Notes: a model not told the origin generated them from the sequence alone. Counted from the first letter of the stretch, positions 35,944 to 45,973 are shown. The stretch is 49,616 bases of DNA from an archaeon (GCA_043808805.1 JAZDEN010000032.1:1-49616); one strand, 5' to 3'. Numbers and translations are program-made.

Positions 35944-37123
35944 CTATTTCTATAACATCACCCGGATTAAGAAGATGGTCCTTACCAACAGTACGCTTAG
36001 TCTTAACATCAATAGCCCTGATGAAATGCTGACCCAAATCAGTGTGTATGGTATAAGCAAAATCAAGAGCAGTGCTGCCAGGCTTCAAGAGGAAACAGTC
36101 AGGCATGACACGACCGTCCTTATCCTCAAGCTTGCCAATACCACCTGGAAAGACATAGATGTAACGCAACAAATCAAGAACAGCAGAATTCAAAGCTTTC
36201 TGGACGCCGGTATTACCAACCTTCTTCAGAACACCCTTCTCAATAAACTCCAACGCCTTAGACTGCTTATCATTCAACTCGCCAACAACCTCAAAATGAT
36301 CATCACCCGGAATGTAATTAATCATCTTATGACGAGCAGCCTCCTTCAAGGCAACCTCAGCATCAGCACCGCAAGGAACAATAATCAAGTCAGGGAACTG
36401 CTTAACCAACTTCTGGTAATTATCAAAGGCGCCGTCGATGTCAATCTTGTTAGCCACGATTAACATGGGCTTCGTCCTCTTCCTCAGGTGATGGGCAAAT
36501 GTAAACAGGTCTCCGTCCGACCAATCAGCAGTCTTTTTGTCAATGAGATTCAGGCCTATAAGAATATCCCTAATCATAAACTCATCACTGCCTATCCCTG
36601 AAAACTGCTTGTTCAAAGCCTTCTCGATCTCAGCATTTGTCTGGGTGACAGACCTGGAAAAACGAGCCCAAGTCTTCTTAAGTATGTTAAGATACCAATA
36701 GTCAAGCTCAGTCTCCAAGAATTTTATATCCTCAGCAGGATCCCTACTACCTGGAGAAACAGGCTCACCCTTCTCATTAGTGCTGCCGGCCGCGTCAATA
36801 ACATGAATCAAAGCATCAGCCTGGTTAAGGTCATTAAGAAACTCCAAACCCATACCCTTGCCCTCATGAGCACCTGGGACCAATCCAGCCACATCAATCA
36901 TCTCAACAGGAACAAAACGCTGATTGTTTATGCAGAAGCCGTGACGAGGATTGCACTGAACATTGAATAACTTGTCAGCACAGTCAACACGGATAAAACC
37001 AACACCGGAATTGGGCTTAATCGTAGCGAACGGATAGTTGGCTATGACAACATCAGCCAGGGTAGCTGCCTTGAAAAAAGTGCTCTTACCCACATTAGCC
37101 TTACCAACAACGCCAATAATCAT
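35930..37123 (-). CDS. Obg/YchF-like GTPase with C-terminal TGS domain
   Basis: G1 'GKANVGKST', G3 'DVAGLV', G4 'ANKID'. The C-terminal 'GDVIEI' is TGS-like. Confidence 0.85.
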   Translation of the reverse strand: MIIGVVGKANVGKSTFFKAATLADVVIANYPFATIKPNSGVGFIRVDCADKLFNVQCNPRHGFCINNQRFVPVEMIDVAGLVPGAHEGKGMGLEFLNDLNQADALIHVIDAAGSTNEKGEPVSPGSRDPAEDIKFLETELDYWYLNILKKTWARFSRSVTQTNAEIEKALNKQFSGIGSDEFMIRDILIGLNLIDKKTADWSDGDLFTFAHHLRKRTKPMLIVANKIDIDGAFDNYQKLVKQFPDLIIVPCGADAEVALKEAARHKMINYIPGDDHFEVVGELNDKQSKALEFIEKGVLKKVGNTGVQKALNSAVLDLLRYIYVFPGGIGKLEDKDGRVMPDCFLLKPGSTALDFAYTIHTDLGQHFIRAIDVKTKRTVGKDHLLNPGDVIEIVSDK

Positions 37124-37148
37124 AAAATCAGAGAAGGAAAAAGGGTTT

Positions 37149-37856
37149 TTAATGTTTTTTAATCTTCAAAACATCCTTGTAAACAGGACACAGCGCAAAG
37201 TCAGAGCCCCGGCCATAAAACCTCTTCGCATGCTCAACGAGCAAAGCATGATATTCCTGATAAACAACCAAATCCTTCCTTATACCCTTCTCAAAAAACC
37301 CCTTAACCTCATCGTAACCAGCATCCCTGTCTACAAGACCCAAATTCGAGAACACCCTCTTTGTGTAAGCATCCACAACAAAGGTTGGGACGTTAAATGC
37401 ATAAAGCAGCATGGAATCTGCTGTCTCCTCACCAATCCCCCAAACAGACAACAACTCATCACGAGAAGGCACCTTTCCATCGAGATTTATGTAAAAATCA
37501 GAGAACAACCTAAGCTTCTTAGCCTTCTGGTTGAAATAGCCAGCAGGCCTTATTGCTTTGCAAAGCTTTTTTTCATCAATGCCCCTCATTGATAAGGGAG
37601 TCAACGCACCTATCGACTTTAAATTCCTAATCGCCTTCTCAGTCTGGGCCCAACTCGTATTCTGCGTCAGGACGGCACCAACACAGATCTCAAACCTCTC
37701 AGAATCATTTCTGGGAAATGAATAATCACCAGGATGATAGCCTGAAGATGAACCAGTCTTAGTGGGATTAACACCTTTATGGCTGGCCAGAGGCCACCAA
37801 CCCTGAGGCCCATAACAGGAATAAAGAAACTTGTAGACTTTCATGACATCATTCAT
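37149..37856 (-). CDS. endonuclease III-related HhH-GPD protein (COG2231-like)
   Basis: Contains 'AVLTQNTSWAQTEKAIRNLK' and 'LLSVWGIGEETADSMLLYAFNVPTFVVDAYTKRV'. The start is taken at ATG 37856 to avoid overlapping the upstream gene. Confidence 0.7.
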   Translation of the reverse strand: MNDVMKVYKFLYSCYGPQGWWPLASHKGVNPTKTGSSSGYHPGDYSFPRNDSERFEICVGAVLTQNTSWAQTEKAIRNLKSIGALTPLSMRGIDEKKLCKAIRPAGYFNQKAKKLRLFSDFYINLDGKVPSRDELLSVWGIGEETADSMLLYAFNVPTFVVDAYTKRVFSNLGLVDRDAGYDEVKGFFEKGIRKDLVVYQEYHALLVEHAKRFYGRGSDFALCPVYKDVLKIKKH

Positions 37857-37893
37857 AAGAAAAAGAGGATAGGGCACTTGTAAATAAAACTTT

Positions 37894-38868
37894 TCAAATA
37901 CTAGGACCTTTTGGGATGTGAACCTTAGTCCCTTTAGGCACGAAATCACTTCTGATTGCAGGGTTGACCATCTTCAGGTCGGTAACCTTCACATTGTGCA
38001 ACTTAGCAACCTTATTCAGAGGAACATCCTTACCAGCAACATACTCCCCAACCCTCAAACTCGACATAGGCTTTGCCTTGCTGAAATTAATGTTAAACCT
38101 GGAAGGATCAGAGAATATCTGCATCTTAGCGGCAACCTGAAGTATGTAGTCACGAGACTCATAAGGGATCATCGCATTCTTAACAATGTCCGCATGACCC
38201 AGAATTTTACTAAGATTATCCAAAGTCCAGGTAGGACCAGCGTTATAAGCTATAAGCCCAACAACATGATCCTTGAAATAATCTATGTACTTCTTCATGT
38301 ACTTACTCGAAGCCACTATAGCCTTAGGATCAAAACGCTCATCCACGTTGTGGTTAACGGTCAGTTCAACCTCACGGGCAGCAACAGGCATGAGACCTCC
38401 AAGACCTGCAGCACCCTTATGGGACTCCGCATGGGTATTACCCTCAGACTCCTGAGCAACATAAGCCTTAATGAAGTTGATATCATAACCAGTCTCCCTG
38501 CTAGCCTGCTCAAAATAGTCATCATAAGCAGACAGCTTTGAAAGAATCAACTCAAGCTCCTTCCTGGAATCCTCTGAACCAACCAACTTCTCAATCCTGG
38601 CCTTAACCTTAGAACCCAAATTATGCTTTGTTATACCTCTATTAAACGTCCTGTCAACCCTGTTCTCAAGAGTCTCCTCCAGCCTGTATACAGCATTCTT
38701 AGGGTTGAAGGTAAGAGCACTTGAAGGATGTATAGAGCTGGGGAGTATTAGAGTTGCTGCAAACAGAGGGATAACAAGATACTTTTTAAAAGAGCTAGAA
38801 CTATTCTTTTCTTCTACATGATTGTTACGCCAGTATGACGCACACCCATTAAAATCACTTCGAACCAT
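37894..38868 (-). CDS. membrane-anchored lytic transglycosylase (SLT domain) with C-terminal LysM
   Basis: 'AQESEGNTHAESHKGAAGLGGLMP' and 'IAYNAGPT' are SLT family 1 motifs. The C-terminal 'YVAGKDVPLNKVAKLHNVKVTDLKMVNP....GTKVHIP' is LysM-like. An N-terminal TM is present. Confidence 0.75.
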   Translation of the reverse strand: MVRSDFNGCASYWRNNHVEEKNSSSSFKKYLVIPLFAATLILPSSIHPSSALTFNPKNAVYRLEETLENRVDRTFNRGITKHNLGSKVKARIEKLVGSEDSRKELELILSKLSAYDDYFEQASRETGYDINFIKAYVAQESEGNTHAESHKGAAGLGGLMPVAAREVELTVNHNVDERFDPKAIVASSKYMKKYIDYFKDHVVGLIAYNAGPTWTLDNLSKILGHADIVKNAMIPYESRDYILQVAAKMQIFSDPSRFNINFSKAKPMSSLRVGEYVAGKDVPLNKVAKLHNVKVTDLKMVNPAIRSDFVPKGTKVHIPKGPSI

Positions 38869-38932
38869 CGCCCCCTAATACCAAGTTAAGTGGCTTGATT
38901 GGCCACTAATCATTTAAATACCTTTTGGTTCC

Positions 38933-39388
38933 CTACGGACTAAGGACCTTTATCCTGCGACTCTTCGGAACAAAATTAAGAAGTAATCCCTTGCTGATCT
39001 TACCTGAACCATAAAAGTCCTCACCATACTTAACTATAACAAGACCACTACCACCACCCAAATCAACATCCACACCCCTAATCCAGTCCTCAACCTGACC
39101 CTTCGACAACTCAACAACATTTCTCTTAGCAAGGGGACCGACTATCTGCGAACCCTCAATGCTCAACCTCACACGACCATCCTGCAACTGACCAAAATAC
39201 ATGCCGACAGAATTAACCCTCAACTTGGAAAGGTCAAGACCGGCAAAACCCTTATCGACCAAGAAAACCTTGTCATCAGCACCAAGAATAAAGACATAGT
39301 CCAGCTTCAAATCCTTAATTAAGAAATCCTCTTCCAATGATTTGACAACCCTCTTAACTTCCTTCTTATTAAGAACCTTGATATTCAT
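38933..39388 (-). CDS. Nip7-like PUA-domain protein (ribosome biogenesis)
   Basis: 151 aa. Contains 'RLSIEGSQIVGPLAKRNVVEL' and a C-terminal PUA-like 'GLVIVKYGEDFYGSGK'. Confidence 0.5.
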   Translation of the reverse strand: MNIKVLNKKEVKRVVKSLEEDFLIKDLKLDYVFILGADDKVFLVDKGFAGLDLSKLRVNSVGMYFGQLQDGRVRLSIEGSQIVGPLAKRNVVELSKGQVEDWIRGVDVDLGGGSGLVIVKYGEDFYGSGKISKGLLLNFVPKSRRIKVLSP

Positions 39389-39476
39389 AAAAAATCCTAA
39401 TTATATAGGGCAGTACGAGTTTAATACCTTTTTGGTGTGAGAAATATTTAAATAATAAACAAAACAGTAAAACATC

Positions 39477-41111
39477 ATGGACGAAGTGATATTGAAGTAC
39501 GCACTGCAAAACGCCATCAAGTTTGACGGCAAGGCAAACGTCGGAGCAGTAGTCGGGAAGATATTCGCAGAAAAGCCTGAAACCAAAGGACCTGAGGCGG
39601 CAAAGAAAGTAGCAGAGATAGTGAAGAAAGTAAACTCGATGAGCCTGGAAGAGCAGAAGAAAAAACTTGAAGAGATAGCGCCAGAACTGCTGGAAGAAAA
39701 GAAAGAGAAGAAGGAAAGAGACATATTCGACTTCGTCCAAGTGAAGGGGAACGTAACAACAGCATTCCCACCAGAACCAAGCAAGTACCCCCACATAGGG
39801 CACGCAAAATCATTATTCCTGAACTACGAATTTGCAAAGAAACACAAGGGAAAATTCGTTCTGAGATTCGAGGACACAAACCCAAAACTCGTCAAGAAAG
39901 AACTCTACAAGGCATTCACAGATTCGTACAAATGGCTTCAGGTAACACCAGACAAAGTTGATTATTCGTCAAAACACATGAAGGAATTCTACAAGGATGC
40001 AGAGAAACTAATCAAGGAAGGAAAAGCATACATGTGCGACTGCGACAGCGAGAAGATAAGAAAACTCAGGTTCAAAGGGATAGCCTGCGAATGCAGAGGC
40101 AAAGACCCAAAACAAAACATGAGAGAATGGAAAGAGATGCCAGAGAAGAAAGAAGGGGAGACAAGCCTCAGAATAAAAATAGACATGAAACATGAGAACA
40201 CAACTATGAGAGACCCTACGATCATGAGAATAATGAAAGAGCCACACCCACTGCACGGGAACAAATACACAATATGGCCGATGTACGACTTCCAAACATC
40301 CATCATGGACGGAATAGAAGGGATAACACACAGATTCAGAAGCAAAGAATTCGAGATGAGGAACGAACTGCAGAGATGGATACAGAGAGGGCTAGGCTAT
40401 AAGGAAACAGAAATATTCGAAATAGGCAGATTCAACCTTGAGGGAGTGCCAAGCTCAGGAAGAATAATAAGGGAGATGGTACAGAAGAAAGAACTGATAG
40501 GATGGGACGACCCGAGCCTAACAACAATAGCAGCTCTAAAAAGAAGAGGATTCCTGCCAGAAGCGATAAAAGAATTCGTGCTCTCAACAGGAATAACAAA
40601 GACGGAATCCATGCACACCTGGGAAGACCTGGAGGTGTGGAACAGGAAACTCCTCGACAAAAAAGCAAATAGATACTTCTTCATAGAAAACCCAAAGGAA
40701 ATCGAAATAAAGAACGCACCGAAGATGGAAGCAAAAGTCGAACTGCATCCAGACGACAAAAAAAGGGGTCACAGGACATTCAAAACAGCAAGCAAATTCT
40801 ACATACAAGACAAGATAGAACAGGGAAAAGTTTACAGGTTCATGCATTTGTTTAATTTCAAAAACAACGAGTTCCTATCAAAAGAACACGATCCCAAACT
40901 AAACGCCACGATAATACACTGGCTGCCAGCAAACAAAGACCTAGTAAAAATAGGGGTGATGATGCCCGACAAACAAATAAAGAAAGGACTGGCAGAAAAA
41001 GATGCCAAAAAAATAAAAGTAGGGGCTGTTGTACAATTCGAAAGATTCGCATTCTGCAGGCTTGACAAAAAAGAAAAAGACAAACTAACATTCTGGTACA
41101 CACACAGATAA
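39477..41111 (+). CDS. gltX: glutamyl-tRNA synthetase (archaeal type)
   Basis: The N-terminal 'KYALQNAIKFDGKANVGAVVGK' module is as in archaeal GluRS. 'PPEPSKYPHIGHAKS' is the HIGH motif, and 'RFEDTNP' is present. Confidence 0.9.
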   Translation: MDEVILKYALQNAIKFDGKANVGAVVGKIFAEKPETKGPEAAKKVAEIVKKVNSMSLEEQKKKLEEIAPELLEEKKEKKERDIFDFVQVKGNVTTAFPPEPSKYPHIGHAKSLFLNYEFAKKHKGKFVLRFEDTNPKLVKKELYKAFTDSYKWLQVTPDKVDYSSKHMKEFYKDAEKLIKEGKAYMCDCDSEKIRKLRFKGIACECRGKDPKQNMREWKEMPEKKEGETSLRIKIDMKHENTTMRDPTIMRIMKEPHPLHGNKYTIWPMYDFQTSIMDGIEGITHRFRSKEFEMRNELQRWIQRGLGYKETEIFEIGRFNLEGVPSSGRIIREMVQKKELIGWDDPSLTTIAALKRRGFLPEAIKEFVLSTGITKTESMHTWEDLEVWNRKLLDKKANRYFFIENPKEIEIKNAPKMEAKVELHPDDKKRGHRTFKTASKFYIQDKIEQGKVYRFMHLFNFKNNEFLSKEHDPKLNATIIHWLPANKDLVKIGVMMPDKQIKKGLAEKDAKKIKVGAVVQFERFAFCRLDKKEKDKLTFWYTHR

Positions 41112-41117
41112 CCAAGC

Positions 41118-41132
41118 AAAAGCTTTAAAAAG
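41118..41132 (+). promoter_or_regulatory. BRE/TATA-like promoter (AAAAGCTTTAAAAAG) for the L7Ae-S28e-L24e operon
   Basis: It lies ~50 nt upstream of ATG 41183. The similar variant AAAGCTTT(T/A) also occurs at 45972-45990 and 49430-49445. Confidence 0.4.
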
Positions 41133-41182
41133 CCCTATTTTCACAGATAACCATACAAAAACCAATGATTATCTAGGAGGTT

Positions 41183-41530
41183 TTGAAAATGGAAACATCA
41201 AAAGAAATTGTCGAAAAAGCCCTCGAACTCGTCGAGATGGCAAAAACATCAGGCAAGCTGAAGAAGGGCGTCAACGAAGTAACAAAAGCAGTCGAAAGAG
41301 GAACTGCAAAAATAGTTTTAATCGCAAAAGACGTAAACCCACCAGAGATAGTCATGCACCTAGGACCGCTCTGCAAAGAAAAAGGCATAAAACTGATTTC
41401 TGTACAGAAAAGAGAAGAACTAGGAACAGCCGCAGGACTACCAGTACCTACAGTTGCAGTCGCAGTCGTAGAAGAGGGTGACGGAAAGAAACTGCTAAAA
41501 GAAATAATGGAAAAGGCAAAAGATGAGTGA
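41183..41530 (+). CDS. rpl7ae: ribosomal protein eL8 / L7Ae
   Basis: '[31 protein letters not shown]'. An AGGAGG RBS precedes the ATG. Confidence 0.9.
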   Translation: MKMETSKEIVEKALELVEMAKTSGKLKKGVNEVTKAVERGTAKIVLIAKDVNPPEIVMHLGPLCKEKGIKLISVQKREELGTAAGLPVPTVAVAVVEEGDGKKLLKEIMEKAKDE

Positions 41531-41840
41531 AGACAAAAAATCTGAACAGAAAACTGAACAACCCCAGAAGGAACAGAAAAGAGACAGAAAGCCACAGCAG
41601 CAAGAAACCAAATCAGAAAAGGCAACATTCTCAGAAGCATACCCTGCCATAGTTGAAGAGATAGTAGGAAGGACAGGAATGAGAGGAGAGATAACACAAG
41701 TCAGGTGCAAGATAATGACAGGAAGAGATGCAGGAAAGATAATCACAAGAAACGTCAAAGGCCCTGTAAGGGAAAAAGACACACTCATGCTAAGAGAAAC
41801 AGAAATAGAAGCAAGAAAAATGACACCAGGAAGGAAGTAA
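41523..41840 (+). CDS. rps28e: ribosomal protein eS28 with ~35-aa N-terminal Lys/Gln/Glu-rich extension
   Basis: '[57 protein letters not shown]'. The ATG overlaps the end of L7Ae, and no in-frame ATG/GTG/TTG lies nearer the core. Confidence 0.85.
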   Translation: MSEDKKSEQKTEQPQKEQKRDRKPQQQETKSEKATFSEAYPAIVEEIVGRTGMRGEITQVRCKIMTGRDAGKIITRNVKGPVREKDTLMLRETEIEARKMTPGRK

Positions 41841-41841
41841 G

Positions 41842-42018
41842 ATGCCAAACTGCACATTCTGCGGAGAGAGAATCGAGAAGGGAACAGGAAAGATGTTTGT
41901 ATTCAAAACAGGAAAAGTGGCGTACTACTGCTCAAAGAAATGCGAAAAAAACATGCTCAAGCTGAAAAGAAAAGCAAGAGACCTGAAGTGGACCAAACAC
42001 TACGAAAAAGGCCAATAA
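41842..42018 (+). CDS. rpl24e: ribosomal protein eL24
   Basis: Hand-translated 58 aa: MPNCTFCGERIEKGTGKMFVFKTGKVAYYCSKKCEKNMLKLKRKARDLKWTKHYEKGQ*. It is below the ORF-track cutoff. Confidence 0.85.
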   Translation: MPNCTFCGERIEKGTGKMFVFKTGKVAYYCSKKCEKNMLKLKRKARDLKWTKHYEKGQ

Positions 42019-42105
42019 AGGACAAAACTTATAAGCAAATAACATCACTAATACCAATAGCGACTTTCTAAAAAAACAAAAACGGTGAAGATACTAGGGG
42101 GAATC

Positions 42106-42816
42106 ATGGAAACATACCCAGAACCATACCAAAATGAAAAAGAATTTGAAGAAGAAATAGAATTCACAATCATACCAGAACGCCAGGACCAGCTAGAAAA
42201 ACTTACACAAACACCTTTAGAAGTAGGAGACCTAGTCGGGGAGAACCTGGAAAAACTAGCAAAATTCCTCCAGAACAAAGAAGGAGCAAGTGACATAAGA
42301 CTGCAAATCGAAGGACTTGCAGTAACCCTCACAGCCTACAAGCTAAAGAAAATACAGGGCGAGAGATACATCAAAAGCAGCAGATCAGTAGATGCCTTCA
42401 TAGAAGTAAGATGCCTATCGAACCTCCTAAAGGGAATAAACAGAACCCTGGAAAGCAAAAGAAAAACACCACAAGAGATAAGCGATATACTTTATAGTAA
42501 TGTAACAGAACTGATAAGGGGGGACAACATCAGCGCCAAAGACAGACAGGCATTAGACCGAGGAAGAATATACAACCTGCTGGCAAAAAGATACTTCATG
42601 AAATATGACGAAGAAAAAATCATAGAAAATTTGATAGATATAGGAAAGCTTTTTGACACCGTAAAAGGAGGCAACATAAGGAAAAAAATAGAAACAGAAC
42701 TAGCAAGGTATAAAAAAATGCCTCAGGAATCTTTAAAACAAGTTGAGACCATCGAGGTTGCAAGAGCCCTGGCACATGAGGAAGAGAGCATAAGATATGC
42801 GCTGTCAAGAAACTAA
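42106..42816 (+). CDS. hypothetical protein (236 aa)
   Basis: The ATG at 42106 (METYPEPY..) lies inside the GTG-started track ORF 42085..42816. No family recognised. Confidence 0.5.
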   Translation: METYPEPYQNEKEFEEEIEFTIIPERQDQLEKLTQTPLEVGDLVGENLEKLAKFLQNKEGASDIRLQIEGLAVTLTAYKLKKIQGERYIKSSRSVDAFIEVRCLSNLLKGINRTLESKRKTPQEISDILYSNVTELIRGDNISAKDRQALDRGRIYNLLAKRYFMKYDEEKIIENLIDIGKLFDTVKGGNIRKKIETELARYKKMPQESLKQVETIEVARALAHEEESIRYALSRN

Positions 42817-42856
42817 CAGATAAATTTAAATAACCCTCTATTTCTAGTTTTTTAGC

Positions 42857-43348
42857 ATGATACAAAAAACACTGGTCCTCATAAAACCTGACGGGGTAGA
42901 AAGGGGACTGACAGGCGAAATAATCCACAGACTAGAGAGAAAAGGACTCAAAATAATAGCCCTGAAAATGGTATGGGTCGACAAAGAACTAGCACTCCAA
43001 CATTACGATGAAGACATAACAAGAAGAAGGGGAGAAAAAGTAAGAAAACAGCTTGTAGATTTCGTAACATCAGGACCGATAATAGCAATGGTACTCGAAG
43101 GCGTAGAGGCAATAGAAAACGTAAGGACAATATGCGGGGTCACAGAACCAAAAGCTGCACAACCCGGAACCATAAGGGGAGACTTCTCACCCATAAGCTT
43201 CAGATACGCTGATTCTAAGGAAATTGTAGTAAAGAACACGATACACGCATCAGCAAACGAACAAGACGCTGAAAAAGAAATAAAACTCTGGTTCACAGAA
43301 AAAGAGATGCACAGCTACGAAAACGTACACGAGAAACACGTAAGATGA
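42857..43348 (+). CDS. ndk: nucleoside-diphosphate kinase
   Basis: Contains 'TLVLIKPDGVERGL', 'GPIIAMVLEG' and 'NTIHASA' (catalytic His). Confidence 0.9.
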   Translation: MIQKTLVLIKPDGVERGLTGEIIHRLERKGLKIIALKMVWVDKELALQHYDEDITRRRGEKVRKQLVDFVTSGPIIAMVLEGVEAIENVRTICGVTEPKAAQPGTIRGDFSPISFRYADSKEIVVKNTIHASANEQDAEKEIKLWFTEKEMHSYENVHEKHVR

Positions 43349-44235
43349 TAGAAACGATAAAAAAACTATACGAAAAACACGAGAAAAAACTCGTAGTCAT
43401 ACCAATACTACTAATAATAGCCTCACTATGGATTGTAGGCAGCCAGTATTCCAGAACAGGAGACATATTCCAGAAAGACGTAACCCTAAGCGGGGGAATA
43501 ACAGCAACAGTATACACACAGACAGACGCAAAATCAGTAGAACAAACAATCAAAGAGAACACAAACAAAGAGATCATAGTAAGGAAACTCGCTGAATTCG
43601 GGACAGACCAACAGAAAGGCGTTGTGATAGAATCAGCGGAACTCACAAGAGACGAACTCGAATCAATACTCAAAAACAAACTAAACATACAACTCACAAC
43701 TGACAATTACTCCATAGAACAGACAGGCGCAACACTCGGACAATCCTTCTACATACAAATGATGATAGCACTCTTAGTCGGGTTCGTCATGATGTCAATA
43801 GTTGTTATAATAATCTTCAGGGCAGTAATACCCTCAATGGCAGTAATACTATCAGCATTCGCAGACATGCTATGTACAGTAGCAGTGATAGACCTACTTG
43901 AAGTCAGAGTATCCACAGCAGGAATAGCAGGAATACTACTACTGATAGGGTATTCGGTAGACACAGACATACTCCTAACAACAAGGATGTACAGGAGAAA
44001 AGAAGGGAGAATAATGGATAGGATATTCAGCTCAGCAGCAACCGGACTCACAATGACAGCAGCGGGACTCGCATCACTATCATTAGGCTATATCCTGACA
44101 ACATCATTCGTAATAAAAGAAATGTTCCTCGTCCTGATAATAGGGCTGATAATAGACGTAATAATGACATACCTACTGAACGCAAGAATAATATTGTGGT
44201 ACACGGAAAAGAAAGAAGGCAACTATGGCAATTAA
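43345..44235 (+). CDS. secF: protein-export membrane protein SecF
   Basis: One N-terminal TM, an extracytoplasmic domain, and 5 C-terminal TMs ('GYSVDTDILLTTRM'). The ATGA start overlaps the ndk stop. Confidence 0.85.
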   Translation: MIETIKKLYEKHEKKLVVIPILLIIASLWIVGSQYSRTGDIFQKDVTLSGGITATVYTQTDAKSVEQTIKENTNKEIIVRKLAEFGTDQQKGVVIESAELTRDELESILKNKLNIQLTTDNYSIEQTGATLGQSFYIQMMIALLVGFVMMSIVVIIIFRAVIPSMAVILSAFADMLCTVAVIDLLEVRVSTAGIAGILLLIGYSVDTDILLTTRMYRRKEGRIMDRIFSSAATGLTMTAAGLASLSLGYILTTSFVIKEMFLVLIIGLIIDVIMTYLLNARIILWYTEKKEGNYGN

Positions 44236-45973
44236 GAGATACCTAACAGTCAGAGTATGGATCCTAATAGCAGCATTAATAATAACAATACTGGCAATAA
44301 GCTACAACCCATGGGCAACAGGTGTTGAGATAAAAACAGTAGAATCAAACAGTCAGGTAGCAGAACAGGGAATAACAACAGGAGAGAAGATACTAGAAGT
44401 TAACGGAATACCAATAAACATAATACAGGACTACCAAAGCTCTGTATCAGAATACACAACAAAAGAAAAAGAGATAGCCATAGGAACAGATAAGGGAACG
44501 TACAAATACAACGCCACAAACTCAATAGGGTTCGAATACCAGAACCTCACAATAACATCAGCAGACCTATTCACAAACCTAGAACAAGGCATGATCATAC
44601 AATCAATAAACAACGTTAGCATTGACAACTCAACACAACTGACTGAAGAGATCAGCAAGATACTCCCAACAGACAAAATAACAATAAAAACAAACAAGGG
44701 AGAATACGCATACCTGACAAGAGGAAAGCCAGAAATAACAGTAGGAGAGGCAAGAAAAAGCAACCTGAAACTGGGACTTGAACTCTCAGGCGGAACAAGG
44801 GTACTGCTTGAACCAAAATCAGAACAGGAAATAACAGACAAAGACATAGCAGACATAATCAAAGTGATGGACAACAGGCTGAACGTGTACGGCCTAGCAG
44901 ATTTAAAAATAAGGCCAGCAAACGACCTGTCAGGAAAGAAATTCATACTCGTAGAAATAGGAGGGGCAACAGCAGAAGAGGTAAGAGTCCTAATAGGACA
45001 ACAGGGAAAATTCGACGCCAAGATAGGGAACCAAACAGTATTCTCCGGAGGGAAAGAAGACATACCCTTCGTATGCAGGGATGATGGAAGCTGCAGCGGA
45101 GTAAGAGAATGCAACCAAGCAAGCGAGAATGAATGGTACTGCACATTCGAATTTGCAGTACACCTAAGCCCAGAAGCAGCAAAAAGACACGCTGACATAA
45201 CAAAAAATCTTGAAGTCGTGACAAGCACAGACGGAAGAGAAATACTAAACACAACAATAGACTTCTACCTAGATGAAAAGCAAGTTGACAGCCTCCAGAT
45301 AGGAGCAGACCTGAAGGGAAAGGAAACAACAGCAATAGCAATATCAGGACCCGGCGGAGGAACAACACAAGGCGCAGCAATAGACCAAGCAGTCAAAAAC
45401 ATGGACAGGCTGCAGACAATAATCATAACAGGATCACTTCCTTACGAGATAGAGATAGTAAAACTCGACACCATATCACCAGTGCTTGGGAAAGAATTCA
45501 TAAACAACTCACTACTAATAGGAGTGCTAGGCATAACAGCAGTAGCACTAGTAATATTCATAAGGTACAGACAGGCAAAAGTCATAATACCAATAATGAT
45601 AGTAGCAACAAGTGAGATACTCATAACACTAGGCGTGGCAGCAATGCTCCAATGGAACCTGGACTTAGCCTCAATCGCAGGGATAATAGCTGCGGTCGCA
45701 ACAGGGGTAGACGACCAGATCGTCATAACAGACGAGCTGATAAAAGGAGGAAAAGACAGGTACATAAGCTGGAAAGAAAGGATAAAGAGGGCATTCTTCA
45801 TAATATTCTCAGCCTACGCAGTAACAGTAGTGGCTATGATACCCTTATGGAGCGCAGGAGCAGGCCTGATAAGAGGATTCGCAGTAACAACAATAATAGG
45901 GCTGACTGTAGGAGTGTTCATAACAAGACCTGCATTCGCATCAATGATGGAAAAACTCCTGACAAAAGAATAA
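44225..45973 (+). CDS. secD: protein-export membrane protein SecD with enlarged extracytoplasmic region (two PDZ-like modules)
   Basis: The C-terminal TM bundle includes 'GVDDQIVITDE'. 'LELSGGTRVLLEP' is the SecD head. The order SecF-SecD is archaeal. Confidence 0.85.
   Translation: MAIKRYLTVRVWILIAALIITILAISYNPWATGVEIKTVESNSQVAEQGITTGEKILEVNGIPINIIQDYQSSVSEYTTKEKEIAIGTDKGTYKYNATNSIGFEYQNLTITSADLFTNLEQGMIIQSINNVSIDNSTQLTEEISKILPTDKITIKTNKGEYAYLTRGKPEITVGEARKSNLKLGLELSGGTRVLLEPKSEQEITDKDIADIIKVMDNRLNVYGLADLKIRPANDLSGKKFILVEIGGATAEEVRVLIGQQGKFDAKIGNQTVFSGGKEDIPFVCRDDGSCSGVRECNQASENEWYCTFEFAVHLSPEAAKRHADITKNLEVVTSTDGREILNTTIDFYLDEKQVDSLQIGADLKGKETTAIAISGPGGGTTQGAAIDQAVKNMDRLQTIIITGSLPYEIEIVKLDTISPVLGKEFINNSLLIGVLGITAVALVIFIRYRQAKVIIPIMIVATSEILITLGVAAMLQWNLDLASIAGIIAAVATGVDDQIVITDELIKGGKDRYISWKERIKRAFFIIFSAYAVTVVAMIPLWSAGAGLIRGFAVTTIIGLTVGVFITRPAFASMMEKLLTKE

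Noticed and set aside
38889-38907. Hairpin AGTGGC-N7-GCCACT between nip7-like and SLT genes
   Set aside because: The stem is 6 bp with no adjacent T-tract. It could be a leader structure or chance, and nothing distinguishes the two.
41705-41965. 86-aa ORF overlapping S28e and L24e
   Set aside because: It is an alternative frame across two clearly conserved ribosomal protein genes, and its basic low-complexity translation is not convincing.
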